Shown: positions 9,675-18,529 of the stretch, piece after piece
Layout of the letters: every line of letters begins with the position of its first letter
How positions within the stretch are numbered: position 1 is the first letter of the stretch
Source: Pseudomonadota bacterium
Lineage (GTDB): Bacteria > Pseudomonadota > Alphaproteobacteria > UBA9655
Length of the DNA stretch: 64,000 nucleotides
Direction of reading: 5' to 3'
Assembly (NCBI GenBank): GCA_018242065.1
Contig: JAFECQ010000006.1
Coordinates: forward strand, 121,860-185,859
The notes under the pieces: model-generated
What the model was told of the DNA's origin: nothing
The model's database searches: none
The model's input: only the letters and a program-made list of their open reading frames with translations
Program-made: the position numbers and the translations under genes

Positions 9675-9789
9675 TCGAAAGCAACCTTTTCCATTGGGTA
9701 TAATTTAAAACTAAGAAAAAGCTGAGACTCACGAATGTGATGCCATAAGCACTTAAAATATAGATTAAATGAGGTGTTGAAAGGCTCAT
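9664..9789 (-). CDS. ccmD: Heme exporter protein CcmD (41 aa)
   Basis: Not in the ORF track. The reverse complement reads MSLSTPHLIYILSAYGITFVSLSFFLVLNYTQWKRLLSNET. That is a single TM segment with the Y..AYG motif followed by basic residues. ATGA overlap with the ccmC stop, 11-nt overlap with the ccmE start, and GGAG 3 nt upstream of the ATG. Confidence 0.75.
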   Translation of the reverse strand: MSLSTPHLIYILSAYGITFVSLSFFLVLNYTQWKRLLSNET

Positions 9790-10499
9790 TTCATGGACTC
9801 CAAAATCATCAGTTTGCGTGTCTTTAATTCTTTACATGCTCTTAAGATGAGGACAGTGAGAAAATAAAAAAAGTAAGCGCCTGCCATTAATAAAAGAGGA
9901 GTTAACATCGACACATGGATCGAAGGACCTGAAAGTTTTGTAAGGCTCGCAGGTTGATGAAGTGTATTCCACCATTCGACTGATCCTTTAATAATGGGAA
10001 GGTTGATGACACCTACTAAAGCTAAAATTGATGCGGCTCGTAGGCCTTGATCAGGCCTTGTGTAAGATTTATACAGAGCCCAATAGCCCCCGTAAAGGAA
10101 CAATAGAATAAGAACGGATGTAAGCCTTGCATCCCAAACCCAATAAGTTCCCCACATGGGCTTCCCCCAGAGAGATCCTGTGATAAGACTTAATGCTGTA
10201 AAGAGAGCGCCAATAGGAGCCGCACTTATTGCTAAGACTTCAGCTAAAGGATGTCGCCAGACAAGTGAAAAAAAACTCATTAGTGCTAAAAAACCATAAA
10301 CAAAAAGGGCCATCCAGGATGCGGGTACATGGACATACATGATGCGCATTCCATCTCCTTGTAAATAATCTGGGGGAGAAGTTACAAGGCTCGTATAAAG
10401 GCCAGCAATAAAAAAGATTGTCATTAGAAATCCTGAAGCTGGTAAAAGGGGACGTGTTATTTTAAGAAAAAAGCTTGGTTGTGCTAAATGATATTTCAT
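9786..10499 (-). CDS. ccmC: Heme exporter/heme-handling protein CcmC
   Basis: 237 aa membrane protein with the tryptophan-rich motif WGKPMWGTYWVWDARLTS. Confidence 0.92.
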   Translation of the reverse strand: MKYHLAQPSFFLKITRPLLPASGFLMTIFFIAGLYTSLVTSPPDYLQGDGMRIMYVHVPASWMALFVYGFLALMSFFSLVWRHPLAEVLAISAAPIGALFTALSLITGSLWGKPMWGTYWVWDARLTSVLILLFLYGGYWALYKSYTRPDQGLRAASILALVGVINLPIIKGSVEWWNTLHQPASLTKLSGPSIHVSMLTPLLLMAGAYFFYFLTVLILRACKELKTRKLMILESMK

Positions 10500-11156
10500 C
10501 TATCCCTCTATTGCAAAGCGGAGCGCCCAACTACTTGCTGTAATTGATATAATTACGAGAAGAAGTGCCACACCTGTAAGGAGGCAGAAAGATGCAGAAG
10601 AATCAAGGCCTAATCGCACCATTTCCATAACTGCAAGTCCAAAAAGTAAAAGGGGCAATGTTAAAGGAAGGATCAAGAGGGCAATGAGAAGCCCTCCTCC
10701 TTGTGAATGAATTGTTAAGAGCCCTCCCAAAATTCCAAGGGAACTTAAGGCAGGAAAACCAATCAAAAGAGTGAGAGAAAGAGTCAAAATATCCTTATAA
10801 GGGAGGAGGAAGAATGAAGAGAGACATGCCCCCACAACGATTAACGGCAGGCCAAATAGGATGCATTCAGCTATTGTTTTTGAAAGAAGGTAAAAAGCTG
10901 GCGAAGATGGATGCAAAAGAATCTCATCTAGAAGCCCCTCTTTCGCTTCTGCCTTTAAGAGGAGTGGTGTTGAGAACAAAGTACTAAGGATAGCTAAAAT
11001 CCATATAAGAGCTGGAGCACTTTGTTTTAGGATGTTTTCGTGAGGTCCTAAAGTGAGAGCAATACAGAAAAGCGCAAAAACAAAAAAGCTAAATGTGGCG
11101 AGTAATGTTCCGCCATGAAGATAAAGATTACGTAGTTCTCGGCGGATCATAACCAA
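10500..11156 (-). CDS. ccmB: Heme exporter permease CcmB
   Basis: 218 aa polytopic membrane protein located between ccmA and ccmC. It abuts the ccmC start with no gap. Confidence 0.85.
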   Translation of the reverse strand: MVMIRRELRNLYLHGGTLLATFSFFVFALFCIALTLGPHENILKQSAPALIWILAILSTLFSTPLLLKAEAKEGLLDEILLHPSSPAFYLLSKTIAECILFGLPLIVVGACLSSFFLLPYKDILTLSLTLLIGFPALSSLGILGGLLTIHSQGGGLLIALLILPLTLPLLLFGLAVMEMVRLGLDSSASFCLLTGVALLLVIISITASSWALRFAIEG

Positions 11157-11743
11157 ATACCATCCGGAGCTGTGTCTTCCTCATGAGTAGCTTGAATAAC
11201 CATTCCACCCCTTTTTAAATGCTCTTGAAGAATTTTGGTTAACGCTACCCTTCCTTCCTGATCCAATCCTGCCTGAGGTTCATCCAAAATCCACAAAGGA
11301 CGATCGAGCCAGCTACAACGGCTTAAACTTAGACGCTTTTGCTGCCCTTGGGACAAATGAGCAATTTTTTGACTTATCAAACGCGAAACGTCCCATATCT
11401 CAAGAGCCTCTCCAATAACTTTTTCTGAAATTCCATAAATATCTTGCCATAATCGCATTTGATCTTTCACAAGGGCTTCAGGATGAAGGGCCAGCCTATG
11501 GCCAAAGTACAAAAGATTTTGCTGATAAGTGGATAAGTTATTGGAAGTAATTTCTTCTTCTTTCCAAAAAAGCATTTGAGGCTGAGGACGAATTAACCCA
11601 GCTAATAGTCGTAATAAGGTTGACTTTCCAGACCCGTTTTTTCCCCTTACAATGATCATCTGCTCTTTCTTTAAAGTAAAAGAAATGTCATTGAAAAGGG
11701 AAGAGACTCCTCTAGCATATGAAATATTTTTTCCGCTTAGCAT
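11147..11743 (-). CDS. ccmA: Heme exporter ATP-binding protein CcmA
   Basis: 198 aa with Walker A GKNGSGKST, signature LSQGQQKRLSL and Walker B LWILDEP. 10-nt overlap with ccmB. Confidence 0.9.
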   Translation of the reverse strand: MLSGKNISYARGVSSLFNDISFTLKKEQMIIVRGKNGSGKSTLLRLLAGLIRPQPQMLFWKEEEITSNNLSTYQQNLLYFGHRLALHPEALVKDQMRLWQDIYGISEKVIGEALEIWDVSRLISQKIAHLSQGQQKRLSLSRCSWLDRPLWILDEPQAGLDQEGRVALTKILQEHLKRGGMVIQATHEEDTAPDGIWL

Positions 11744-11853
11744 AATAAGACCTTAATGTAATTGGGTTTCTTTGCAAATGGAGAATTTTGCTTGTCTCAA
11801 GGATTGCCAAAAAGCCTTATTTCGTCTAAGGGTAAAAGAGATTTTTGATAGTC

Positions 11854-12792
11854 ATGAGAATGCCCATGAAAATAACCCAAAAAGTTAAAAAGATACTTTC
11901 TAATTATGAAAGCGATTGTCCAGGAACAAAAACTAACCTTGCTCGTATCTTGATGCATGGTCGTCTTGCAGGGACCGGAAAAATGATTGTCCTGCCCGTG
12001 GACCAAGGTTTTGAGCATGGTCCGGGGCGTAGTTTTGCCATAAATCCTGCTGCTTATGATCCACTGTATCACTATCAAATGGCTGTAGATGCAGGGCTTT
12101 CAGCTTTTGCAGCCCCTTTAGGGATGTTGGAAGCAGGAGCAAACACTTTCGCAGGAGCTATTCCCACCATTTTAAAAATCAACAGCTCTATGAGCCTTCT
12201 CCCAAGCGGAGATGATGCCGATCAAGCTGTGACGGGATCCATTGCTGATGCCTTGCGACTTGGCTGTTCAGCTATTGGTTTTACCATTTATCCGGGTTCG
12301 AATGCGACTCTTGATATGTTAGAAGAATTGCGTGAGCTTGCCGAAGAAGCCAAATCTTGCGGTCTTGCAGTAGTTGTGTGGTCTTATGCACGTGGGAATA
12401 TGTCAAAAGAAGGAGAAACGGCCGTTGACACGATTGCTTATGGGGCTCATCTTGCAGCTCTCATGGGTGCGCATATTATTAAGGTGAAGCTTCCCACTGA
12501 TTACTTAGAGAATCCTGAGGCTAAGAAAGAATATCTTGCTCATAAAGTTGATATCAGTACACAAAGAACTCGAGTAGGTCATGTTGTACAATCTTGTTTC
12601 AAAGGTCGAAGGCTTGTTGTTTTTTCAGGTGGGATTGCCAAGGATTTGAAGGATGTCTACGATGATGCTCGTTCAATTCGAGATGGCGGAGGAAATGGAT
12701 CAATTATTGGCCGTAATGCTTTTCGAAGACCACGTCAGGAGGCCATGCAAATGCTTGATACGCTTGTCAAAATTTATCAAGGAAAATTATGA
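11854..12792 (+). CDS. fbaB: Class I fructose-bisphosphate aldolase (FbaB/DhnA type)
   Basis: It matches the E. coli FbaB pattern as I recall it (GRLAGTGKMIVLPVDQGFEHGP...INPAAYDP..., later KVKLP and GRNAFRRP). The ORF-track start at 11845 is TTG. ATGs at 11854, 11860 and 11866 are all possible, so the start is uncertain. Confidence 0.8.
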   Translation: MRMPMKITQKVKKILSNYESDCPGTKTNLARILMHGRLAGTGKMIVLPVDQGFEHGPGRSFAINPAAYDPLYHYQMAVDAGLSAFAAPLGMLEAGANTFAGAIPTILKINSSMSLLPSGDDADQAVTGSIADALRLGCSAIGFTIYPGSNATLDMLEELRELAEEAKSCGLAVVVWSYARGNMSKEGETAVDTIAYGAHLAALMGAHIIKVKLPTDYLENPEAKKEYLAHKVDISTQRTRVGHVVQSCFKGRRLVVFSGGIAKDLKDVYDDARSIRDGGGNGSIIGRNAFRRPRQEAMQMLDTLVKIYQGKL

Positions 12793-12802
12793 GGCTTAAA
12801 CT

Positions 12803-13369
12803 ATGAAAATAAATGGAAATGCAATACGACCTGGCAATATAATTCAACATAATAATCGCTTGTGGGTAGCTGTTAAAACGCAACACACGCAGCCTGGTAA
12901 GGGCGGAGCCTATTTACAAGTCGAACTCAAAGATATTCGAGATGGAACGAAACTTAATGAACGCTTCCGTTCCAGTGAATCAGTTGAACGCGTTCGGCTA
13001 GATGAAAAAGAGTATCAGTTTTTATATGAAGAAGGTGATGCAGTTGCCTTGATGGACCTTGAAAATTTTGAGCAAATTCATCTTTCGAAGGAACTTCTTG
13101 GTGACTCTTTACCTTTCTTAAAAGATGGTATGATGATAACAGTTGTTTCTCATGAGGGAGAAATCGTGGGAGCGGAATTGCCAGAAACGGTGATTATGGA
13201 GATTGTTGAAGCGGAACCTGTTGTTAAGGGGCAAACTGCGTCATCATCTTATAAACCTGCCATTTTAGAAAATGGCGTTCGAATAATGGTACCCCCACAT
13301 ATTGGATCTGGCACAAAAGTTGTTGTTTACACCGCGGATGGTACATACATCGAGCGTGCAAAAGAGTAG
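12803..13369 (+). CDS. efp: Elongation factor P
   Basis: 188 aa with the EF-P N-terminal KOW-like domain and loop [17 protein letters not shown]. The C-terminal OB domains include [13 protein letters not shown]. Confidence 0.93.
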   Translation: MKINGNAIRPGNIIQHNNRLWVAVKTQHTQPGKGGAYLQVELKDIRDGTKLNERFRSSESVERVRLDEKEYQFLYEEGDAVALMDLENFEQIHLSKELLGDSLPFLKDGMMITVVSHEGEIVGAELPETVIMEIVEAEPVVKGQTASSSYKPAILENGVRIMVPPHIGSGTKVVVYTADGTYIERAKE

Positions 13370-13380
13370 GAAGAGTTAAA

Positions 13381-14199
13381 ATGGTTCATCAGCTGCGGAT
13401 CGTTTCCCGATCAGCGCATTTAAATGTTATGTGTAATGCCGCATTTAAGGCTGCTCGGGGGCTTGTCCGAGATTTCGGAGAAGTCGAACATTTGCAAGTT
13501 TCTCGAAAGGGTCCTGGAGATTTTGTTTCTACGGCTGATAAAAAAGCTGAGGATATTCTTTATAAAGAGCTCAAAAAAGCACGACCTTCTTATGGTTTTA
13601 TTATGGAAGAAGGTGGGAAAATTGAAGGTCAGGATGAGCATACATGGATTATTGATCCTCTTGATGGGACAACAAACTTTCTTCATGGGATCCCTCATTT
13701 TGCAATTTCCATTGGACTTCAAAAAGGAACGGAACTTATTGCGGGTGTGATCTATGATCCCATCAAGGATGAGTTGTTTTATGCAGAAAAAGGGGGGGGA
13801 GCGTTTGTAAATGAGAGACGTCTTAGGGTTTCAGCTCGTAACCATCTTGCAGATTCTCTTTTAGCAACCGGTATTCCTTTTGCTCTACATTCTGCAAAGG
13901 AATATTCTACTTTTCAGGTCTCTCTTGAACGTCTTATGCCTCAAATAGCAGGTGTGCGTCGGCTTGGTGCTGCATCTCTTGATCTTGCCTATGTTGCTGC
14001 AGGTCGGTACGAGGCATATTGGGAAGAATCTATCTCGCCATGGGATATTGCAGCAGGTGTCGTTATTGTCCGAGAAGCAGGTGGCTATATCTGCGATTTG
14101 CATGGCGGTGAAGACTTTTTTGGAACAAGGTCTATCTTAGCTGCGAACCAATCACTTTATCAACCACTCAAAGACATACTGCTTCCCATATATAAATAG
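13381..14199 (+). CDS. suhB: Inositol monophosphatase family protein (SuhB-like)
   Basis: 272 aa with IMPase motifs WIIDPLDGTTNF and PWDIAAG. Confidence 0.88.
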   Translation: MVHQLRIVSRSAHLNVMCNAAFKAARGLVRDFGEVEHLQVSRKGPGDFVSTADKKAEDILYKELKKARPSYGFIMEEGGKIEGQDEHTWIIDPLDGTTNFLHGIPHFAISIGLQKGTELIAGVIYDPIKDELFYAEKGGGAFVNERRLRVSARNHLADSLLATGIPFALHSAKEYSTFQVSLERLMPQIAGVRRLGAASLDLAYVAAGRYEAYWEESISPWDIAAGVVIVREAGGYICDLHGGEDFFGTRSILAANQSLYQPLKDILLPIYK

Positions 14200-14209
14200 T
14201 GTGAATGGA

Positions 14210-14365
14210 ATGAAGAAGTTAATATTGCTTTTTTGTGTATCCCTAAGCGGGTGCTATACGTATGAAAAAAATGAAGATGGAAGCCCTAAAGACACATGGC
14301 GCTCAAGAGTATTCAAGAATACGCAATATCATTCTGATCGAGATAAGCAACTTAATAATTTTTGA
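14210..14365 (+). CDS. Putative 51-aa lipoprotein
   Basis: Not in the ORF track. It reads MKKLILLFCVSLSGCYTYEKNEDGSPKDTWRSRVFKNTQYHSDRDKQLNNF. There is a basic N-terminus, a hydrophobic core and a lipobox L-S-G-C. Only a weak RBS is present, and it sits in the 198-bp gap between suhB and the convergent lolD. Confidence 0.35.
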   Translation: MKKLILLFCVSLSGCYTYEKNEDGSPKDTWRSRVFKNTQYHSDRDKQLNNF

Positions 14366-14397
14366 AAGATGAGATAAAGAGAGTTTTTCTAAAAATC

Positions 14398-15087
14398 TTA
14401 CTTTTTCTTGATTTCTGTAAGATGTCCTTCATGAAGGGTTAAAATACGATCCATGCGTTGCGCTAGTTCTTGGTTATGGGTTGCAATGAGAGCAGCAAGA
14501 TTTTCTTTACGCACAAGCTGAATAAGCTTGTCAAAAACAGAAGCCGCTGTGTGCTCATCGAGATTACCTGTTGGCTCATCTGCAAGCAAAATTTTGGGTT
14601 GATTTGCAAGCGCTCTTACAATTGCAACACGTTGTTGTTCTCCTCCTGAAAGGCGTGCAGGACGGTGAGAGGCTCTTTCTAAAAGACCAACCTCCTTTAA
14701 TAAATCTTGAGCGCGTATTTTTGCGCTATTATAGGATTTTCCAGCTATCATCTGAGGTAAAAGAATGTTTTCCTCTGCGTCAAATTCTGGCAATAAATGA
14801 TGAAATTGGTAAACGAACCCTAGGACATCACGACGAATTTGCGTGCGTTCTCCATCATTAAGATGGACGCATGCCTTTCCATCTATGATAATGTCTCCTC
14901 CATCCCCTTTTTCAAGAAGACCAGCTGTTTGCAAGAGGGTTGATTTTCCTGAACCAGATGGACCTATCAAAGCGACAATCTCCCCAGGATAAAGATCAAG
15001 ATTGATACTACGTAAGATGTGAAGGGCTTCTGGCCCTTGATGAAAAGTACGCTTAAGGGCTTTTAAGGAAAGAACAGGATTACTCAT
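14398..15087 (-). CDS. lolD: Lipoprotein-releasing system ATP-binding protein LolD
   Basis: Walker A GPSGSGKST, signature LSGGEQQRVAI, Walker B LLADEPTGNLD. Start taken at ATG 15087 (MSNPVLSLKALKRTF), an 8-nt overlap with the lolC/E stop. The ORF-track start at 15147 lies deep inside the upstream gene. Confidence 0.88.
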   Translation of the reverse strand: MSNPVLSLKALKRTFHQGPEALHILRSINLDLYPGEIVALIGPSGSGKSTLLQTAGLLEKGDGGDIIIDGKACVHLNDGERTQIRRDVLGFVYQFHHLLPEFDAEENILLPQMIAGKSYNSAKIRAQDLLKEVGLLERASHRPARLSGGEQQRVAIVRALANQPKILLADEPTGNLDEHTAASVFDKLIQLVRKENLAALIATHNQELAQRMDRILTLHEGHLTEIKKK

Positions 15088-16327
15088 AGCGCAATGCCTC
15101 CACAGGATCGAGACGAGATGCTCGCCAGGCTGGATATAAAGATGCAAGAAATGTAAGGAGAAGGGCTATAAAGACAACCAAAAGAACCTCATTGAGGTCA
15201 ACACGTGCAGGTAATTTGGAAAGGAAGTAAATTTCAGCACGAAAAAGCTCTGTGCCCGAAAGAGACTCAATTGCTTTTCGAATTGAATCGATATTCCAAG
15301 AAAATAAAAGACCAAAAGTCGCTCCACAAAAAGCTCCTAAAGCGCCAATCGATGATCCCGCAATAAAGAAAACACGCATCATCATTCCTTGTGTTGCACC
15401 CATCGTGCGTAGGATGGCTATATCACGTCCTTTGTCTTTCACGAGCATAATGAGCGTCGAAATAACATTAAAGGAAGCCACGAGGATAATTAAAGTGAGG
15501 ATAATAAACATGACGTTTCGCTCCACCTTTATGGTGCTAAAAAATTCCTTATTGGCCTGTTGCCAATCAAAAAGGCGGACATTTTTACCATGTACGAGAG
15601 CGTAAATTTCATCTTTAAAGCGTTCAATTTTTTCAGGATTTTCAGTGAAAATTTCAATTCCTGTGACACCATCTCCTAGACGAAAAAATTTCTGTGCAGA
15701 ATCGAGAGGAATAAAAACAAAAGTTGAGTCATATTGAATCATGCCAGCATCAAAAATCGCTGCAATTTCAAAAGCACGTGTTCTCGGCATTGTCCCAAAA
15801 GCTGTGGAATTTCCTTCCGGTGATATCAGCGTAATTTTATCACCTAAAATAAGACCCAGTTTTTCTGCAAGACGCTTTCCGATAATCGCTGCGTTCGGTC
15901 GCTCAAAAAGACTTAGGCGGCCGAGTACCAAATTATCCGAGATTGTTTTTCTTGCTTCGAGATCACTTAATTTCATTCCGTGGACAAGAACGCCAGTAGC
16001 GTTGTCATGTGCAGTTGCCATGGCTTGCCCTTCAACAATAGGATTTGCGCCTGTAATACCCGGCAATTTTTTAACTTCCTCTGTAAGAAGTTCATAATCA
16101 GGAAGGGAGGTTGTATTGCTATAAATAGCTAAATGACCGTTCATACCAATGATACGGTTTAATAACTCATGGCGAAAACCATTCATGACAGACATAACAA
16201 TGATGAGAGCAGCAACGCCGAGCGCAATTCCTAAAAATGAAAACCAAGCCGTAACAGAAATAAAGCCTTCCTGTCGTCGTGCCCTGAGATAGCGAAACGC
16301 AACAAATCTTTCAAAGGTTGAAAACAC
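15080..16327 (-). CDS. lolC: Lipoprotein-releasing system permease (LolC/LolE family)
   Basis: 415 aa with N-terminal FERFVAFRYLRARR, a large periplasmic domain and C-terminal FtsX-type TM segments. It is directly upstream of lolD. Confidence 0.88.
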   Translation of the reverse strand: MFSTFERFVAFRYLRARRQEGFISVTAWFSFLGIALGVAALIIVMSVMNGFRHELLNRIIGMNGHLAIYSNTTSLPDYELLTEEVKKLPGITGANPIVEGQAMATAHDNATGVLVHGMKLSDLEARKTISDNLVLGRLSLFERPNAAIIGKRLAEKLGLILGDKITLISPEGNSTAFGTMPRTRAFEIAAIFDAGMIQYDSTFVFIPLDSAQKFFRLGDGVTGIEIFTENPEKIERFKDEIYALVHGKNVRLFDWQQANKEFFSTIKVERNVMFIILTLIILVASFNVISTLIMLVKDKGRDIAILRTMGATQGMMMRVFFIAGSSIGALGAFCGATFGLLFSWNIDSIRKAIESLSGTELFRAEIYFLSKLPARVDLNEVLLVVFIALLLTFLASLYPAWRASRLDPVEALRYE

Positions 16328-16395
16328 GTCTTCTCCTTATCTTTTCTCGAAAGGATCATATAAGGACCAGTCATGTCCAGCAAATAGTTTTATTT

Positions 16396-17067
16396 TTATA
16401 TGAGTCTCTTTTCCCGTAACGACGTATGGCCAAATCGTCCGATGATGAGATGATCGAGAACATTAATTTCAAGTTCTTTTGCGGCTTTAATGACCTTGCG
16501 TGTAATGTCAATGTCAGCTTGAGAAGGTGTTGGATCGCCACTAGGGTGATTATGAACCATAATAAGGCTCGAGGCTCCCAGTTCCAGCGTTCTTTTAACA
16601 ACTTCACGGGGGAATACAGGTGTACTATTGATCGTTCCTTGTTGTTGGATTTCATCTGCAATCAATTTGTTTTTTTGATCTAAAAACAAAAGTCGCAACT
16701 GCTCTATGCTCAAATGAGACATACGCGCTCTGCAATAATCAATAACCGTCTGCCAGGACTGAAGGATAGGTTGGGCATTTGCCTCTTCCCGTAAGGTACG
16801 GCAAGCTGTTTCTTGAACGGCTTTTAAAAGGGCGATTGTTGATTCTCCCACACCTGGGATGGCTTTTAGTCTTTCATTGTCGGCTTGCAGGATACCTGAA
16901 AGACTGCCGCATTCACGGAGAAGTGTTTTTGCAAGCGGCTTAACGTCTCCTCTTGCCATGATGCCAAAAAGCAAAAGTTCCAGGAGCTCATAATCCGGAA
17001 TACTTTTTTCATCTCCTTTGAGGAAACGCTCTCTCAAACGCTTACGATGTCCTGTGTAGTCTTTCAT
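16396..17067 (-). CDS. radC: RadC-family JAB/MPN domain protein
   Basis: 223 aa with JAMM motif HNHPSGDPTPSQAD and an N-terminal helix-hairpin-helix-like region (LKAIPGVGESTIALL). Confidence 0.88.
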   Translation of the reverse strand: MKDYTGHRKRLRERFLKGDEKSIPDYELLELLLFGIMARGDVKPLAKTLLRECGSLSGILQADNERLKAIPGVGESTIALLKAVQETACRTLREEANAQPILQSWQTVIDYCRARMSHLSIEQLRLLFLDQKNKLIADEIQQQGTINSTPVFPREVVKRTLELGASSLIMVHNHPSGDPTPSQADIDITRKVIKAAKELEINVLDHLIIGRFGHTSLREKRLI

Positions 17068-17825
17068 AAGGTAAAAATCTCATATCCAGTTGATGTGACG
17101 CCTAAACTATGTTCAAATTGAGCAGAAAGAGATTTATCGCGCGTCACAGCAGTCCATCCATCGTTTAATATCTTAACTTCATATCGACCTGCATTAATCA
17201 TGGGTTCAATTGTAAAAAACATACCTTCTTGTAATTCGATATCAGTATGAGGCCTTCCAAAATGAAGGACAGAAGGTGCAGCATGAAAAACGCGTCCTAA
17301 TCCATGACCACAAAAGTCTCTAACAACAGAAAATCCTTTTGATTCAGCATAACTTTGGATGGCATACCCAATATCACCCAAATGAGCTCCTGGACGGACG
17401 ACTTCAATGCCACGCATCATTGCCTCATAGGTAACGTCAATTAACTTCTGAGCTTTCAGAGAAATTTTTCCTATCCCAAACATGCGACTTGTATCTCCAT
17501 ACCAGCCTTCTAAGATAACCGTAACATCAATGTTAATAATATCTCCCCCTTGAAGCTTTTTTGGTCCTGGAATCCCATGGCAAACTACATGGTTCAGTGA
17601 AGTGCATATGGATTTAGGGAATCCTCTGTAATTTAAAGGGGCGGGGATGGCATTATGGCGAATAATAAAATCATGGCAGAGGTCATTTAATTCTTGGGTT
17701 GAAATACCTTCTTTTACATAAGGTGTGATAAAGTCAAGTGTTTGGGCCGCTAAATGACCAGCTTTGCGCATGCCCTCAAAATCCGAGGGGGAGTGTATGA
17801 CAATATTTCTTTCTGAATCAGACAT
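17064..17825 (-). CDS. map: Type I methionine aminopeptidase
   Basis: Metal-site contexts are present: DVTVILEGWYGDTSRMF, CGHGLGRVFH, FTIEPM, QFEHS. Start taken at ATG 17825 (MSDSERNIV), an 8-nt overlap with the sfsA stop. The ORF-track start at 17870 extends into sfsA. Confidence 0.9.
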   Translation of the reverse strand: MSDSERNIVIHSPSDFEGMRKAGHLAAQTLDFITPYVKEGISTQELNDLCHDFIIRHNAIPAPLNYRGFPKSICTSLNHVVCHGIPGPKKLQGGDIINIDVTVILEGWYGDTSRMFGIGKISLKAQKLIDVTYEAMMRGIEVVRPGAHLGDIGYAIQSYAESKGFSVVRDFCGHGLGRVFHAAPSVLHFGRPHTDIELQEGMFFTIEPMINAGRYEVKILNDGWTAVTRDKSLSAQFEHSLGVTSTGYEIFTL

Positions 17826-18528
17826 TGTTTGACGTGTTAAAGTTAATTCGATGGGTAATTGTAATAGCATTGGGAGCTACCTCGCAAGCATAGACCAGTG
17901 GCTTAACACCATTCTTAAACGCCTTAAGGGATTCTTCTGCGTAAATAGGGTCTATGTCCGAGGCGATTTCAAATTCATCACAGTCATTTCTTTGGACGAT
18001 ATAAATGACATATGCTTGATGTCCTTGATGCACCATATCGGCCAATTCTCTCATATGCTTGGCGCCTCGAGCTGTGACAGAACTTGGAAAAGCAACTTTT
18101 TGACCTCGTTTTAAATGGACGTTCTTAACCTCGACGTAAGTTAAGGTTCGAGACATACCTTCCAATAAAAAATCGATGCGGGAATTGCGACCGTAGGGGA
18201 CTTCACGTCGAAGTGTTTGATAACCCTGGAGTTCTTTAATCACATCCATTTTAAGTGCTTCTTCAACGAGGTGATTAGGGTTTGAAGTATTCATCCCAAC
18301 ATAAGTTTCTTCAACTTCTGCCATCTCCCATGTATAGGGTAGCTTTCGAGAAGGGTTGGAAGAAATAGATACCCAGACGGGGATTCCAGGATCTGTTAGA
18401 CCTTGCATCGCTCCTGAATTGGGGCAATGGGCTGTTATAAATGTCCCATCTTCAAGTTCAATGTCTGCTAAAAACCGCTTATAACGTTTGATCAAGTGTC
18501 CTCTGAGAAGGGGTGTTGGAAAGATCAT
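17818..18528 (-). CDS. sfsA: Sugar fermentation stimulation protein homolog SfsA
   Basis: 236 aa with the characteristic N-terminus (LRGHLIKRYKRFLADIELEDG...AHCPNSGAM). Confidence 0.85.
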   Translation of the reverse strand: MIFPTPLLRGHLIKRYKRFLADIELEDGTFITAHCPNSGAMQGLTDPGIPVWVSISSNPSRKLPYTWEMAEVEETYVGMNTSNPNHLVEEALKMDVIKELQGYQTLRREVPYGRNSRIDFLLEGMSRTLTYVEVKNVHLKRGQKVAFPSSVTARGAKHMRELADMVHQGHQAYVIYIVQRNDCDEFEIASDIDPIYAEESLKAFKNGVKPLVYACEVAPNAITITHRINFNTSNNV

Positions 18529-18529
18529 A

